Positions 27,385 through 39,918 of a stretch of DNA of 64,000 bases are shown here, in pieces. A model generated the notes under the pieces. The model worked only from the letters and a program-made list of their open reading frames with translations. It was not told where the DNA came from and searched no databases. How positions within the stretch are numbered: position 1 is the first letter of the stretch; every line of letters starts with the position of its first letter. The position numbers and the translations under genes were made by a program. Source of the stretch: Trichodelitschia bisporula (lineage: Eukaryota); assembly GCA_010356995.1 (NCBI GenBank), contig ML996692.1, positions 941,933-1,005,932 of the forward strand, given 5' to 3'.

Positions 27385-29733
27385 ATGTCTGGCTACGACG
27401 AAAAGGCACAGGACTCACATGAAGCACAAGACTCATATGTGTACAGTAAGTGCTCTGTGGCTCAGATGACCCCCATGTCTTTCCAAGGCTGAGCAACCCC
27501 ACTCATGGCTTGCAGGCCCGGGACGACCCGGCCTTGGGGCTCCCTGGGAAAGTACAGTCCCGATGACTGGAATACTGACATGTGCGCCTAGACTATGCCT
27601 CCACGCGGTCGAGTCAACCGGAAGGCTATGCTGGGTTTACGCAGCCTTCCTTTGGCCCTCAATACCCTGGCCCCCATGCTCTCCTAGGGCCTTTCGAGCC
27701 TCGTGATGTCGCCTACCCTCCATCTGCCATTCAGCCGTTCATGGATGGAGGAGGCCGGATTCCGCTTGAAATAACAACACTCGGTCCTTGGAATGGCATC
27801 GCCGGAGACACGTTTCGCCTGGATCTTCGCAGCAGGAGCAGCCCTACCGCGCAAAGGGTCACTTTCAGTTTTATTTTCGGGTCCCTGTCGGTCAAAGCAA
27901 AGCTCACAGAGAGCTCACGGTCGGACAGCCTCCACCATTTTACCATTTCAGCCAAGATTCCTCCTGCACAACAAGCCCAGATGACGGTCCCACTGTACCT
28001 CGAGATACAGGACGAAAATGGCCACTCACTTGAGATGAAACAGATGAATTACTTTACCTACCTGCAAGCTGGTCAGACATATTCTGCTGCGCCTCTGGCG
28101 AACCCGTCTAAGCGAAAGTCGGAGTACTCTGACGACCACGCAGACTATGCGCCATCACCCAAGCGCTCGGCTATTCAGCCGATGCAGTCAACTAGATACA
28201 GAGATGCTGCAGACATCTACCAAACGGGCCCGGGCGCAGGCTCTGGAGGTTCGGGTTATCTCAGCAACAGTAACCTCTACGCGTTGCCAACGGCGCACGA
28301 TCGGCCTTCCCAGCATCAGCGTTCTTTCGGCCAACCGCTTGCACGGAAGCCGACGTATCATTACCCGTCGAGCCAGGGCCAACAGGCGACGGGATCATCG
28401 AGTCTTGTCGGACTCTACGACTACTCAACCATCTCCCGAACGAACCCCAGCCCAAGGTTGACGGCTCCACGGACGTTGTTAACTCCCCAGCATTCGCAAC
28501 CGCAAGAGGGTGGAGCAAATCCACCGCTTATCCGAACTTCCATTCTGCAGCCGTCAGCTCAAGTTTCCTCGTCAACCTCCGCCGTACCCACCGCAAATGC
28601 CTTCAATCCATACATCTTATACCCCAATCTCAAGGCAACCCTCATTATCCAGGGCGATTTATCGTCAATGAGCGAGAACTGGACTGAAGATGAGACCAAG
28701 GCGCACAGGCGGCTCGTTGAATTCCAACGTTCCCAGTCGGGGAGCACCATCACCACCGTTTTCAAAGCAGTCACTCCCGAGGAGCGCGTCCAGAACAGCC
28801 CTTGTATCAGCTGCATCTGGTGGGAAGCCAGACGGGAATGCTACGTAACGAGCGTCGACACCATTTCCCTTTTGGAATCCCTTGTTGCGGTGCGATTTAC
28901 GGTGGAGGAGAAGAATCGCATCCGCAGGAACCTCGAGGGCTTCAAACCGCTGACAGTCTCGAAGTCCAAGGAAGATACGGTAGACTTTTTCAAGATTATA
29001 ATGGGCTTTCCAGCGCCCCGGCCGAGGAACATTGAAAAGGATGTCAAAGTTTTCGCTTGGTCCGTTCTTCCATCCGCACTGAAGAAGATCATCAGCAAAT
29101 ACGTGAGTGCAGTATATGGATTGCGAGGTTATCACTAATGGTGGAAAGCAGTCCGCATCCTACACCAGCACCTCATCACTCCTTGTTCCAAACATGGCCA
29201 CGCCAATCCCAACGACCTACGAAGATAGTTCGCAGGCTCCCGTAACCACTCACGAAGTCCTGCCGCCGAGCAACTCGGGGCCACAGCGCCCCACTGCTTC
29301 CCCCCACTCCACGGCAAGCTCAGTCGTGTCCGTATCAGGCGGGTATCAAACCAGCATGACTTCGTCCGCCTTGTCGCCCAAGATCGCCGGATCAACAGGT
29401 CTGGAGGTCACAGCCTCAGCAGGTCATGGACACCACGGGGCGATGGGGTTGGGGCAGATGATATCTGCCTCCGGGCATGGGCATGGGCATCAGGGCATGG
29501 GGGGAGGGGGACAGTGGTCGGCACAATATGCGTCGGCACAGGTTCCACAGTTCGCAGCCGCAGCACTACCAGGCGGGAACCCGGGTCGCCATCCTTCATG
29601 GGACATGGGTCTAGCATCGGGATTCCTTGAGCACAGTCCCGGAAATGCGACGGTCACCGGTGCCAACGTTGGATCGCGCTCCGATGCGACGGGCGGTTAC
29701 CCACCATCGAGTCAGCAGACCAAGAGGTCCTAA
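27385..29733 (+). CDS. medA: Medusa (MedA/ACON-3/ACR1/REN1) developmental regulator; exons 27385-27445, 27592-29102, 29152-29733 (possible CUG-initiated extension from 27020)
   Basis: Conserved domain CISCIWWEARRECYVTSVDTISLLESLVAVRFTVEEKNRIRRNLEGFKPLTVSK...MGFPAPRPRNIEKDVKVFAW...LKKIISKYSASY; also NPPLIRTS. Introns 27446-27591 and 29103-29151 are canonical and in frame. Confidence 0.93.
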
Positions 29734-32700
29734 AACGAGCGATATGGAGAGAGCGCAAACAGTGTTTCGCGAGATGCTGAGTGTGTGCGAGTTGCGGGTG
29801 GTGTGGGGGCTGGGATTATTTTGCTTGCCTGCTTCATCGGCAGCGGGGCAGCAGACTAGAGAGGCCAGCATCCAGCACTCGGCATCATGCACGCTTTCGT
29901 ACCTTGCCTTGCCTCCCGGGCCTGGTAGGATTAAAGCAAGGCGTCGAAGGAGGAACATGCAGTCATGCGCCACTCACCTTTGGGGCACCGGACACCATTC
30001 AGCTAAGCCACTTTGGGAATAGCTCCTTGCTTTTGGTTGCATCCCCCCACCACAACTCTCTTGCACCATCTCTTCTTTCGGACAACACCACCCTCTACTC
30101 TCACCACACCATCACCACCAGGACTCATCATCACATGGAATAATGCATTTGGCTTGCGTCCTTACGCAAGCGCACCGTCACCTTTTCGTCTCTCCTCGCT
30201 CCTAGGTGAGCACTCGGACAAGCCTTCGGGTCCCCTCGTATTTTCACCGTTCCATGGCTCTCGAACTGTGCATTTCTCTCACTTTTCCTCACAGCGCAAG
30301 CACATAGATCCGGATTTCTCTCGCGAGGACCTTCATTCTCTAGTTTCGAACGTCGACGGCTCGACTGTTAGCATGGCGCCTTCTAGTCGGCGGACTAGTT
30401 CCTTTATATCCGGGCATCGGGGCGGCTATTTCGTCTCGGATGGCCTTTGTGCCACCGTGGACACTCTTTTTAGCGATTGACAGTATCCATTCACAGCATT
30501 ATTTAACATTGCATTGGCGTTGGATTTTCTTCATCTTCATTTCTTTATCTGGGTTGGGTCGGGCAAGGGTCGGGAATCTATACAGGGGTGACATCGCTAT
30601 GTATGGGCATCAACGGGACGACAGAGCATCATGAGGCGCACCTTCATTATTTGCTGGCAGCTGGTCTTTTATTCGGCGTTTTTTGGCTGTGTGGTGTGGT
30701 GTGGCTTAGGTTCGCCAGTTATTCCTCTTCTACCCCGTTGCTATTCACATTCTCACATGCAAGTATGCGTAATCCGCGCAATGTGGTTGCTTTCAGGCTC
30801 CTTGGTTGCTATGTTATATTTTTGGCTTCCTTTGCTTTGATCATTTGCTTCGGTGAAATGGGTGGAGTTGAATCTTCGGAACTCAGGCGCGATATTCCCC
30901 CGGATGCAGCGGTGAGCTTCGCGGACGTTTTCTTGCGAGCTATTTGTTTTAATACTTAATCCCAGGATGACTGGTGGGCAGCTTCTTCTCCATTTCACTT
31001 CTCAGCTTAGTATCCAAGGAACCTGACAGCAGAATGGCAAACCAAGTTTGGAGAACTCTACCTCACTTTGTCTTGCCGAATCATTCTTCTTCGCCGAATT
31101 TCTCTAAACGGAGGTCGCTGTTATCCCGCCTTACCGTACGGCCTAAGCGAGAGCCTCACTTTCTCCGTCAGCAGCGCCGCGCACTTCTTCACCCGCCCAT
31201 CAGGCCATTTCCCCACGGGCGGCACGCCGCAATCGCGGAATATTCCGCGCTCACTCGCCACGAAGCCGGACGCGCGGCTGCGGTTGCGGCACGGTGACGC
31301 GGCGGCGCGGGCCTTACGGCTGAAGCTGAAACGGGTGAATCAACGTCCGGCTCCGCCAAGTTTGGTGGTTGAAAATGAGATCGGCGCATTTCGAGATACG
31401 TTACGGCCTTAATCCTCGCATCGAACTCCCAAGAACGACCATCACAATTCTCAGCGCCGAATCATCATCACTATCCGCGTCTTCCCCGCACCCCGCCCGT
31501 ATTTTGCTTGCCGTGCAATCAGGCACCTGACGCCCAGTCTCGAAGCGCATTTAAACTTCGCGCCGCTTCCCCGCGTGTTGCAGGACCCGCGGGAGCGCGG
31601 GACGAGCGCGGGAGCTAGGGCGCTCGTTGCGAGAGGGAGGCGTGATTGGCGGGTATTGTGATGATCACTTTTAATTTTACGATTTTGATGCGCTGCAATT
31701 GGCGTGTTGTTTTCGTGGCGCTGACGCGTGAGATGGGTTTTTGCGGGCTGAGCTGGACATAAGAGTGGAAGTTAGAAGCTGGATGGGGATGAAGCTGACT
31801 TGGTTATCAGGTGAGTCTGTATGGAGTAGATGTGCTCGCTGCCTGGACGGCGTTGCGGATGAAATTCCGTACAGGGTTTATCGTTCTGATAATGGAGAAG
31901 ATGCTGAGGCCGGGCGCGGCTGAGTGCAGCCCCAGACCGGGAGCCGAGGCTCCAAGTCGTACTGAGCGTTGGGCGTGGACGCCGGGACGCCTTTCGGGTG
32001 GCTTTCGAAGGGAGTGGGGGCAGCAAAAGTGATGAACCCGAACATCCCGGCGTTCATTTCTCAATGCAGCTGTGGGGGCACGAGAAAAATCCCAGCACGA
32101 CGGATTGCGCGAGTGGCTGAATTATCGCCAGGCCGCGATGAAGGAAGCCGTTTCTGTACGCCCACGCCGGATCAGCAGGCGATCGGGCATCAGCACCAAA
32201 CATCAGTCCCAGCTCTGCGGGCCCTAGCAGCAACGTCGCACGCATTATCGCTCAGCCCGCGAACGAACAAACACTAGCCAAACCTTAACCTCGCAGCAAT
32301 ATCATTGCCGCCGATCCCGATCGCCATCCCACCTCTGCGATATTTCATTACGCCTCGCCAGGCCCGCCATAACTGCTAGAAGTACAGCCGGTACGCAAGT
32401 CATCACGAGCCGGGCCAGCCCTCCTAACCACCCCCGTCCATGAGAAAAAAAAAGCAAGCAGCCCGGCGCCCGTTAGCGCGCGCCCATCGCGTGCGCACCA
32501 CGCCGACCCCTTGATATCTTACCACGCCCCATCCTTACGTCCAGTCAGGCGGCGTAGCAAATTGTGGCACTTGTCGCGGCGTTCGTGGGCGTTCCTCGGG
32601 CGTACCTGGCGACCCACTGGGCGGCACGCCTCTGCCAAGCGGCTAATATCCCTGAGCGCCAGCCGCGCGCCTCGTGCGCCACGGGCGCTGCCGTTTGGGT

Positions 32701-34379
32701 TCGTGGCGCGGCCTCGCGAGCACTGCGGCCACGCTCATAGGCCTGTATCCGCGCCGTAGAGATCCGTGCGTGGACCCGCTTCCCCGGCAAGGCTGACCCA
32801 CAGCCTCGGGGGTGGGTGGGGCCAAATCGAGACGCGGGTCAGCCGGGAGGGGAGATGGATAGCGTTTCCGGTTGCTTTTATTTGCGGTAGACACGCGGCG
32901 GTGGTGGTTAGGTGCGGTGGGGACAAGTGTGCTGAGAAGGGAATAGGCGAGTCTCTCCCTGTTGGGCTTGCGTGCTCAAGGTTGGCGTGATGAGCTGCAG
33001 CCTGTGGGGCATAAATTTGACGCCTGACCCGATGTTCTCACGCGCAGTATTGGGGCATACTGCCAGGATGAGCGGCGTGCTCGGCGTGGGGGCTGTGACT
33101 GATGTGATAGTGAGGCCCGAGCTTGCGTCGAATCCTTCAGGCATGAGGCGCCAGCGGCGGTTGCGGAAGGCTTGATTGCCTAGCGGCCGTTTAGGGAAGC
33201 GGCGGCGGCATCGAGAAGGAGTTTTGGATGCAGGAGTTGAGTGAGAGGCTATTGTTTGCCCAGGCTGAAACGCGTTTGCCAGAGCCTTGGACCACCGCGA
33301 CGGACTCAGGAATCAGCTCGCGCCGGTAGTACCCGGCGGTTCATGAAGTGGTGCGGCCTCATGTCGGGATTGAAGACTCGATTGGGAACGTGGAGCCTTG
33401 CGTGAGATAAAATTATCGCATTTACGAAGTGCGGGAGATGCCTTTGGGACTTTCCTGCGTTTGGCGACGCGGTGACGTTCGAGTGAGGCCGGGAAAGGTA
33501 AGGATGAGCCAATCATTGGCTGGACGCGATCGAATCAGAGAAAATCGCAGCCTAATGATCCTGGCTCTGCCTTGCAGTCATCGATGGAATGGCCGGCGTT
33601 CTCGCATATGCCTTGCATGTGGGGAGGCCGCATACTTTTGCAAGATTTGTTTGAGATTTATCGGTATGCCGGGTAATCGTTCGGGGGAAAAGCCGCCGCC
33701 GGAAATGGAATAGTGGCGGTGCGCAAGGCTGAAGATCACGAAACACTAATGGAAGCATAAGCTTGACACGAGAAATGACTATGGTGTGAAGTGGAGAGTT
33801 GATAAAGGAGAAGAAGAGAAGAATGAGGTCAAGAGACAGTCGAGACTAAATATACGATGTGGCAGGTGTCCGCCCATGCTCCTTCCTTCCATCATGAGCG
33901 CATTACATCATGTACCTTCCTTTACAGCAATGCTCCTGCCTTGTCTACCCTCTAGTTCTAATGGCAAGTTCGGATGTCCGCCGGTACATCGATAACGGCT
34001 GCACATGACCGCGGCACTCATAACTTCGTAAGAGCATCGCAGATATTATGGTGCATAGAGACAAAGCCCGGTGGTTTGCAGAGGCGCCTGAAGTCTCTCT
34101 CTATATACCATTCATCATGCTTAGAAACCGTGGCGACGTAGTAATATTTACGGACAGGAGTTTCTGCACTGTCGGCGCTGCAGTCAGTGGCATACTGGAG
34201 AATTCCGAAAATCACAGACTAAGAAAACGACATCTTGGTCACACCGAAGAGCCGAAAAGTCGCAGCTGAATGAGACAAGAACCATGGAATTTCTATGAAA
34301 GGCTCGCCGCTCGAGATAAAAGGAGGACGCAACAAGGAAGAGGGGAAGACATTTCTAACGAGCCTCTTCAACGGAAGGG

Positions 34380-36948
34380 CTAATCCAGACCGCTCCCGTC
34401 GGCTGTTACCCTACGGATAATTAGTGACAGTCTCGATGCGCGCGGGGAAGTGCTTACGCCGGATTTACCATGCAAAAATCAAGATGGCCATTATTGTAAT
34501 TGTTCCCCCAATAGGGCGGGAATGTGATCTGCCACGCGTTAGTAGGCCAACAGTGAAGATATTGGATCAACATACAGCTGTACCTGCGGCGCCTTGCACC
34601 GCAAACGAAAGTATGAAGACTACAACTTGCGTGCCACCGTCCATGGCCGCCGACAGAATGTAGTTGTATTTGATGAACCAGTTCGGCCTGTATCGGCGGA
34701 GGTAAAACTGCGAAAATGCCCCGATCACGAACCACGCCGTCGTGACGCTGTTGATGCCGACATTGAGCAAGCCAATCCAGTTGGCAATAACGGCGGTATT
34801 CCAGTAGTCCAGCCGCAACTTGGGGAAGAATTTGTGCCCGAGCCAAAACGGTATCGGAAGCAAAAAGCCAATGAGGAAGGCCAAAGTGATCCACTGATAG
34901 CGCTGGCCGACGGAAAACAAGCTCTTAGCTAGACCTCCCCACATGACAGCTTGCGAATTGAACGACTGCACACCCTGGCCTGACCATACATTGGTGCCTT
35001 CACGAGAAAGCAAGATATCGCGCTGCTCGGTAGTGATGGAGCTCATCATGATGTAGGAGAAGGTGCTGCCGACGAAAGTGCCCATAAGTTGCATGACAAA
35101 TGTAGCTCGGGGACAAAGATGGGCGTACTGGGCGAACTTGAGATCCCGGAGAAGTAGCTGTCCCTGGACAACACTGTTGTAACCGAAAAGCACAAAGTAC
35201 ATGTTGGCCATCGGACGTCCGGGGTGGAGGTATCCGCCCAGCATCTGCATCACCGGTTGGATATTGTAGTCGTACCCTGTAATGGCATACTGAGCTCCGA
35301 AGAACAGGATGCAGATGCTCGACAAGAGGCAGGCGATGAAAAACCCCCACCATGGAAGCGTTGACTTGGCAAGATACAGCATCGTGAGCCCAAGCACTGT
35401 TGAAACCACCAGAAGACCCATATACCACCAGTCAGGCGCGTCCTTGTAAGCAAGCATGAGGCGATAATGCGGATCGGTTTCCTTGTCATCGGGACCGCCG
35501 CGCACACCTTCAGTATTGGTCCAAAAGCGCCAGTTCCAGGCCCTAGGATTGAAGGCGTGCTTGAGGTTCGCAAGACTCGCAAAGGCCCAGGCCGTTTTGA
35601 TGTCATCGTAGTTCCAGAGGAAAAGATGAGTGAAAGTGGCGGTAATGGAAAGGTTCGTTGCAAGAATATAGGCAGCAAAGGTCCCAGTAAAGTACGGAAG
35701 ACCTTGCTGCATAACCTTAGCCATGTCGACTTCATAGTTGTCATTGAGAATGATTGTCTGGTTGAAGGGGACAAAGTATGTGCTGTTGGACGCTTCTGTC
35801 CACAGCCCCTGGTTCAGGAAGGGGAGGTTGTAACTATTCCAGATGTTCCCATAGTATATGCCCACAAAGACAAAAATGCAGAGAACATAGCCTACAAAGC
35901 TGTTGAAAAGCGTTTGCAGGGGGTACCAAAGCGGACTCGGGTTGGCGATGTATTGCCAGTCGAAGGAGAGCTGCAGGGTCCCAAGCCCTTCGTTGCCGTT
36001 GGTGCCACCAAAGATGTTCGTGAACACAAGACTGTCGCGCTTGGCCAGGCAAAAGAAAGAGATGCCCAGCAACACCGGCATTATCCACTGCGGAATGATC
36101 TCATAAAAGAAGAGCACCAGAAAGCCGATGTAGAAGACGCGCAACTTCTTCTTAACCTGTGACTTTTCTCCATGAAGGGTCTCAAGCAAGGAGTTCATAG
36201 GGAGATTGTACGGGAACAGCATCTTTGTGGGGTAGACCAACGTTCGGCGGAGAAGTCCGGCAATGCCATATCCCAGGCATTGAGACGACCAGATGATGAA
36301 GATGCCGACACCGGCGTTTGGGACCACATTGTAGTACAACTTTGAGACGGCTAGAACCTCAATCGCCAGAGGTGCATTCGTCGCAGCCGACGCCATGACA
36401 ATGATAGCGGCATGTTCCTTGTTATTAAACTAAACTCATTAGCATCGTGCACCCTCCAGGAAGGGTTGCACAGGGACGTACGGGATGCGGATTCAGCAAT
36501 CGCCCGATGATACCTCTCTTCGGAATGACCCACTCCAGCCCTAAGCCGAGCACATAGCTGACGACTGCAACGAAGACTGTCGAAACGACCACTTGCTGTG
36601 GTTTGAAATAGTAGATGGTTGCAAGCACGCCTCCAAAAGTGGATAGGCCGATTCCTGAAACGTTTAGCACATTGCCATAGCTATACCACCAAGGTCTTTA
36701 CCCAGAAACCAAGTTCGGAAAGTCCACGGATTCAAGGTCGGGTCGTCAGTGGCATGAATGACTTCGGTTACGAGGTCCCGGGCGGTTTCCACCGGTGCAT
36801 CAAAGTGTTCCTCGCCATCGTCGTCAATGTGTAGGCGCGGACGCTTCTCGCCTGCCGCCTCTTCGGCGTCCTTCGACATGATCGATTGAAGAACGAACTC
36901 TTCATGCTTCTCATCGGAACCGCTGGTGGGACGGCGTTGAGTTGCCAT
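34380..36948 (-). CDS. OPT-family oligopeptide transporter; exons 36948-36702, 36654-36482, 36429-34576, 34528-34458, 34410-34380
   Basis: DDPTLNPWTFRTWFLG, LNPHPFNNKEHA, DPHYRLMLAYKDAPDWWY, PGRPMANMYF, DLKFAQYAH and WFIKYNYILSAAMDGG are OPT signatures. All introns are GT-AG with branch points. Confidence 0.95.
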
Positions 36949-37383
36949 TGCGGCGGTTTTCCAGGTATGGCTCCGCGAAGGTGATTTCAAGCGGCAATAG
37001 TAAACTTAAATTAAGTCAGAATAGCCATAGGATGAAAGCGCATGTAAAAATAACGTACCTGACCCCACGCCATGAACACATTCAGCAACCGAAAGCGCTG
37101 CGATAAACGGCGGCCGTGAATATGTACACCTGCCTTAGGGGGGGGGAGATTCTCCTGCAGAACGGACAAAATCCCACGTTCGCTCTCGACCCCGAATGGA
37201 ACGGGCAAGACCTTCATCCTCCCCGGAGCGGATCATCTTGAAGGCTCAGTGATTTGCTGGCCTCCTCAGAACCCGGGGCACACTATGGCTAGGGAGGCGA
37301 TTCCCCAGGATGCTGCACGCTGCACCGGAATGACCCTTATCGCGAGCTTCCCATTGCGCTAGAGTACATGAAGTTGTCTAGGT

Positions 37384-38412
37384 TGCAGGGTGAGGGCTGT
37401 TGAAGTGACCGGGATATAGTCGCCGCCAGCAATCACTGTTGGTCCCAGTAGGGCCTCAATATACGTCGGGATAGATACGAGGTGCAGATGTGCGTGTGCG
37501 TGCGGGCCGGCCGCACGTACTTTGATGATCTCGTTGCGACTTGATTGCGGGGACATTGTGCCGAGCTCTACCGAACTCTCGGTCTTTACCACGCAGAGGT
37601 CCTCAACTGCATTATTTGCTTAGGTCAAATATTTCCTCATTGGGCGGGCTGTCACGTTAACATGTTCGTTCGCAGATTGATGTCTTTTCGCGTCGCGTGT
37701 CGCTAACTGATAGCCCCAATGTTCAAATGAAGCAAGTCACCGGGGTCCGTCCAGATAACAGCCCAAGCGTTGTTCAAGCCGGATACCGAAATTCGTCTGG
37801 TAGCTCTAGTTGGGATCGACATGCTGGCAGGCTGCTGGATCGCGAGAACTTCGGGCGGGTGGTCTGAAGGTAGTGTGAAGATGTTCCACCTATCTCAAAG
37901 CGTCGTCCAGGCCGCAACCTCTCGTGACCAACCACAGCCAAGGTGCAGCTGCAGGACTTAGGATTTCGCGCTTCCATGCGTCGGGATCCTTTTCACGGGG
38001 GACATGGATTCGGGCGTCGTCGGAGACATTGGTTTGGATGGTCGTCGGCTCGTTGGAGTTCAGCCAAGGAGTTGCTCAGGTGTCAATGCCAAGACCCAAG
38101 CGTCACCCGAAAAGTTGTGGCCGTCTTCCTTGTGTATCTCTATCAGCGGCGGTGGCCCTGACTTTCTCGAGTGGCCCTTAGACAAGCATGACAAGATGCA
38201 GCTCCTGCTGCACGACATGACTTGCCCACTGCAACTCGTGCTCGCCACCCGTCTTCCTTGAAGCGATACTTGCTCACCTGCTCTAAATCTACCATGGACT
38301 CCAAAGCATTGTGGGGAAAGTGAACAGCATGGAGTCTTAGGCAGCGATGATGACCATGCCGGCTCGGCCTACTTTGGACACATCGCCGACGATGCAGCAT
38401 GAGACGGAGTTG
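37384..38412 (+). ncRNA. Array of about five consecutive long imperfect stem-loops (candidate structured ncRNA)
   Basis: Nested colinear helices read by eye at 37384-37611, 37638-37721, 37830-37939, 38067-38206 and 38232-38412, with G:U pairs on the + strand. No transcript evidence. Confidence 0.45.
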
Positions 38413-38669
38413 AACCAGCACCTCGGAATACTCGAAGTCTGTTGCCAGCTGTAGGCCTCACTGTTTTCCGTTCCAGCCAAAAACATTCACTCCTCTCCTT
38501 TTGTAGGCCTTCGAGTTTCGAGCTTCAAATACGAGTACACAAGGAGCGCGGCTAAGGTTTGATGCCATTTAAGTTATGGAACCTTTTTTTGACTACCTTA
38601 CTCCTCCGTTCATCTCGATAGGACCATGGGAATCTCCATTTCAGGCTTTACGTCTATATTCCGGTCTCC

Positions 38670-39311
38670 TTAGACCCCATGCTCCTCCGCTTCATGGTCA
38701 TAGTAATGGTGCATCTCTGAGCCAGCTTTCTCATAACCACACTTGACATAGAAGCCTTCATTCTCCTCTGAGCAGTCAAGGATGGTCTACTCCGCATCAG
38801 TACCAAGGGCGCTGGAAACAAACTGACGGTAGGACGTACCTTGTAACAGCCAACCTGCTCGGCAATATGGTCCAAAGCATGAAGAAGCTTAACCCCCAGT
38901 TTCTTTCCCTGCTGATCACCTATAACTGCAACGTCTTCGATATGACCTTGGGTCCCCAGCTTGTACAAGCTATGCCAGAGTGTGAGCTGCAGCCCCGGGT
39001 CGCAACAATGCGGCTTACAATTTCTTCTCCACCATCAGTGTCCCGGTTGCAACAATCTTGCCTCCGTCCCGGCTCGGGTCCTCGATCACGGCAACGTAGT
39101 ACGTGCCGTTGCACTTGAGCATCCAATCAAATCGCTCCGTCCACATCTTTTCCGTAATCTCTCCCAGATAGGCAAGATCCCGCAGGACGTCCAGGTGCCC
39201 GTTTGCGAAATCCGAGCGCTTCAGCGGCCGCAGGACATAACCTTCAGGAAGGGTCTCCTGCACCTTAGCCGAGATCAAGGAGGTGTTGAAGAGACTGGGT
39301 TCGAAAGACAT
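38670..39311 (-). CDS. GNA1: Glucosamine-6-phosphate N-acetyltransferase-like GNAT (divergent GNA1 homologue); exons 39311-39019, 38969-38840, 38786-38670
   Basis: LPEGYVLRPLKRSD, GHIEDVAV, QQGKKLG and GCYKTILDCSEENEGFYVKCG match Gna1. Two canonical introns. Confidence 0.88.
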
Positions 39312-39918
39312 GGTTTTCGGTCTGAAGATTTAGGAATACGATGGCACACTGAGCTGGACGGCGATGTATAATGTATCTAGTAGGTCTGTGCCTGAAGGTT
39401 TAGCAGCTGCCTTCCACGCTGACGCCCGCTCGCGATGTTTCAATCCAAGGCCTCCAGGATACTAACCGAGGCCATTACCATTGCCATGCTAAAAGCTTAA
39501 TTGCAAGGAAACATTCGCTGGGCGTTCTTCCGAGATTGGCAGGCAGCTTGCCCTGTCGTGACCGTCTACAAGGGCCATCCCCACCCCTCCAAACATGGAG
39601 TAAGGTGAATAGTGTATCTCAAGCCTTGCAATGCATCGGCCATTGTACAGCTCCATCAGCGCAAACGGCAAACCAGAGAAAGCCGTTTACCTCATGTGAG
39701 CCGTACACGCATCCGTTAACGTATATTGCGTATGCACGCAATTATTCTCACCCCACATCGCGCCCTTAGCGTACCCCGCCACGCTATCATTCCATAACAG
39801 CTACCCCACCTTCACCTCCACTCTTAAAAAAGTACAAGTGACCCGTCGCCGCCCGCCTCCTTCCCCATTTACCCCGCTAAAATCCTTACATCCCAAAGCT
39901 GCCATCCTTCCCTCAACC

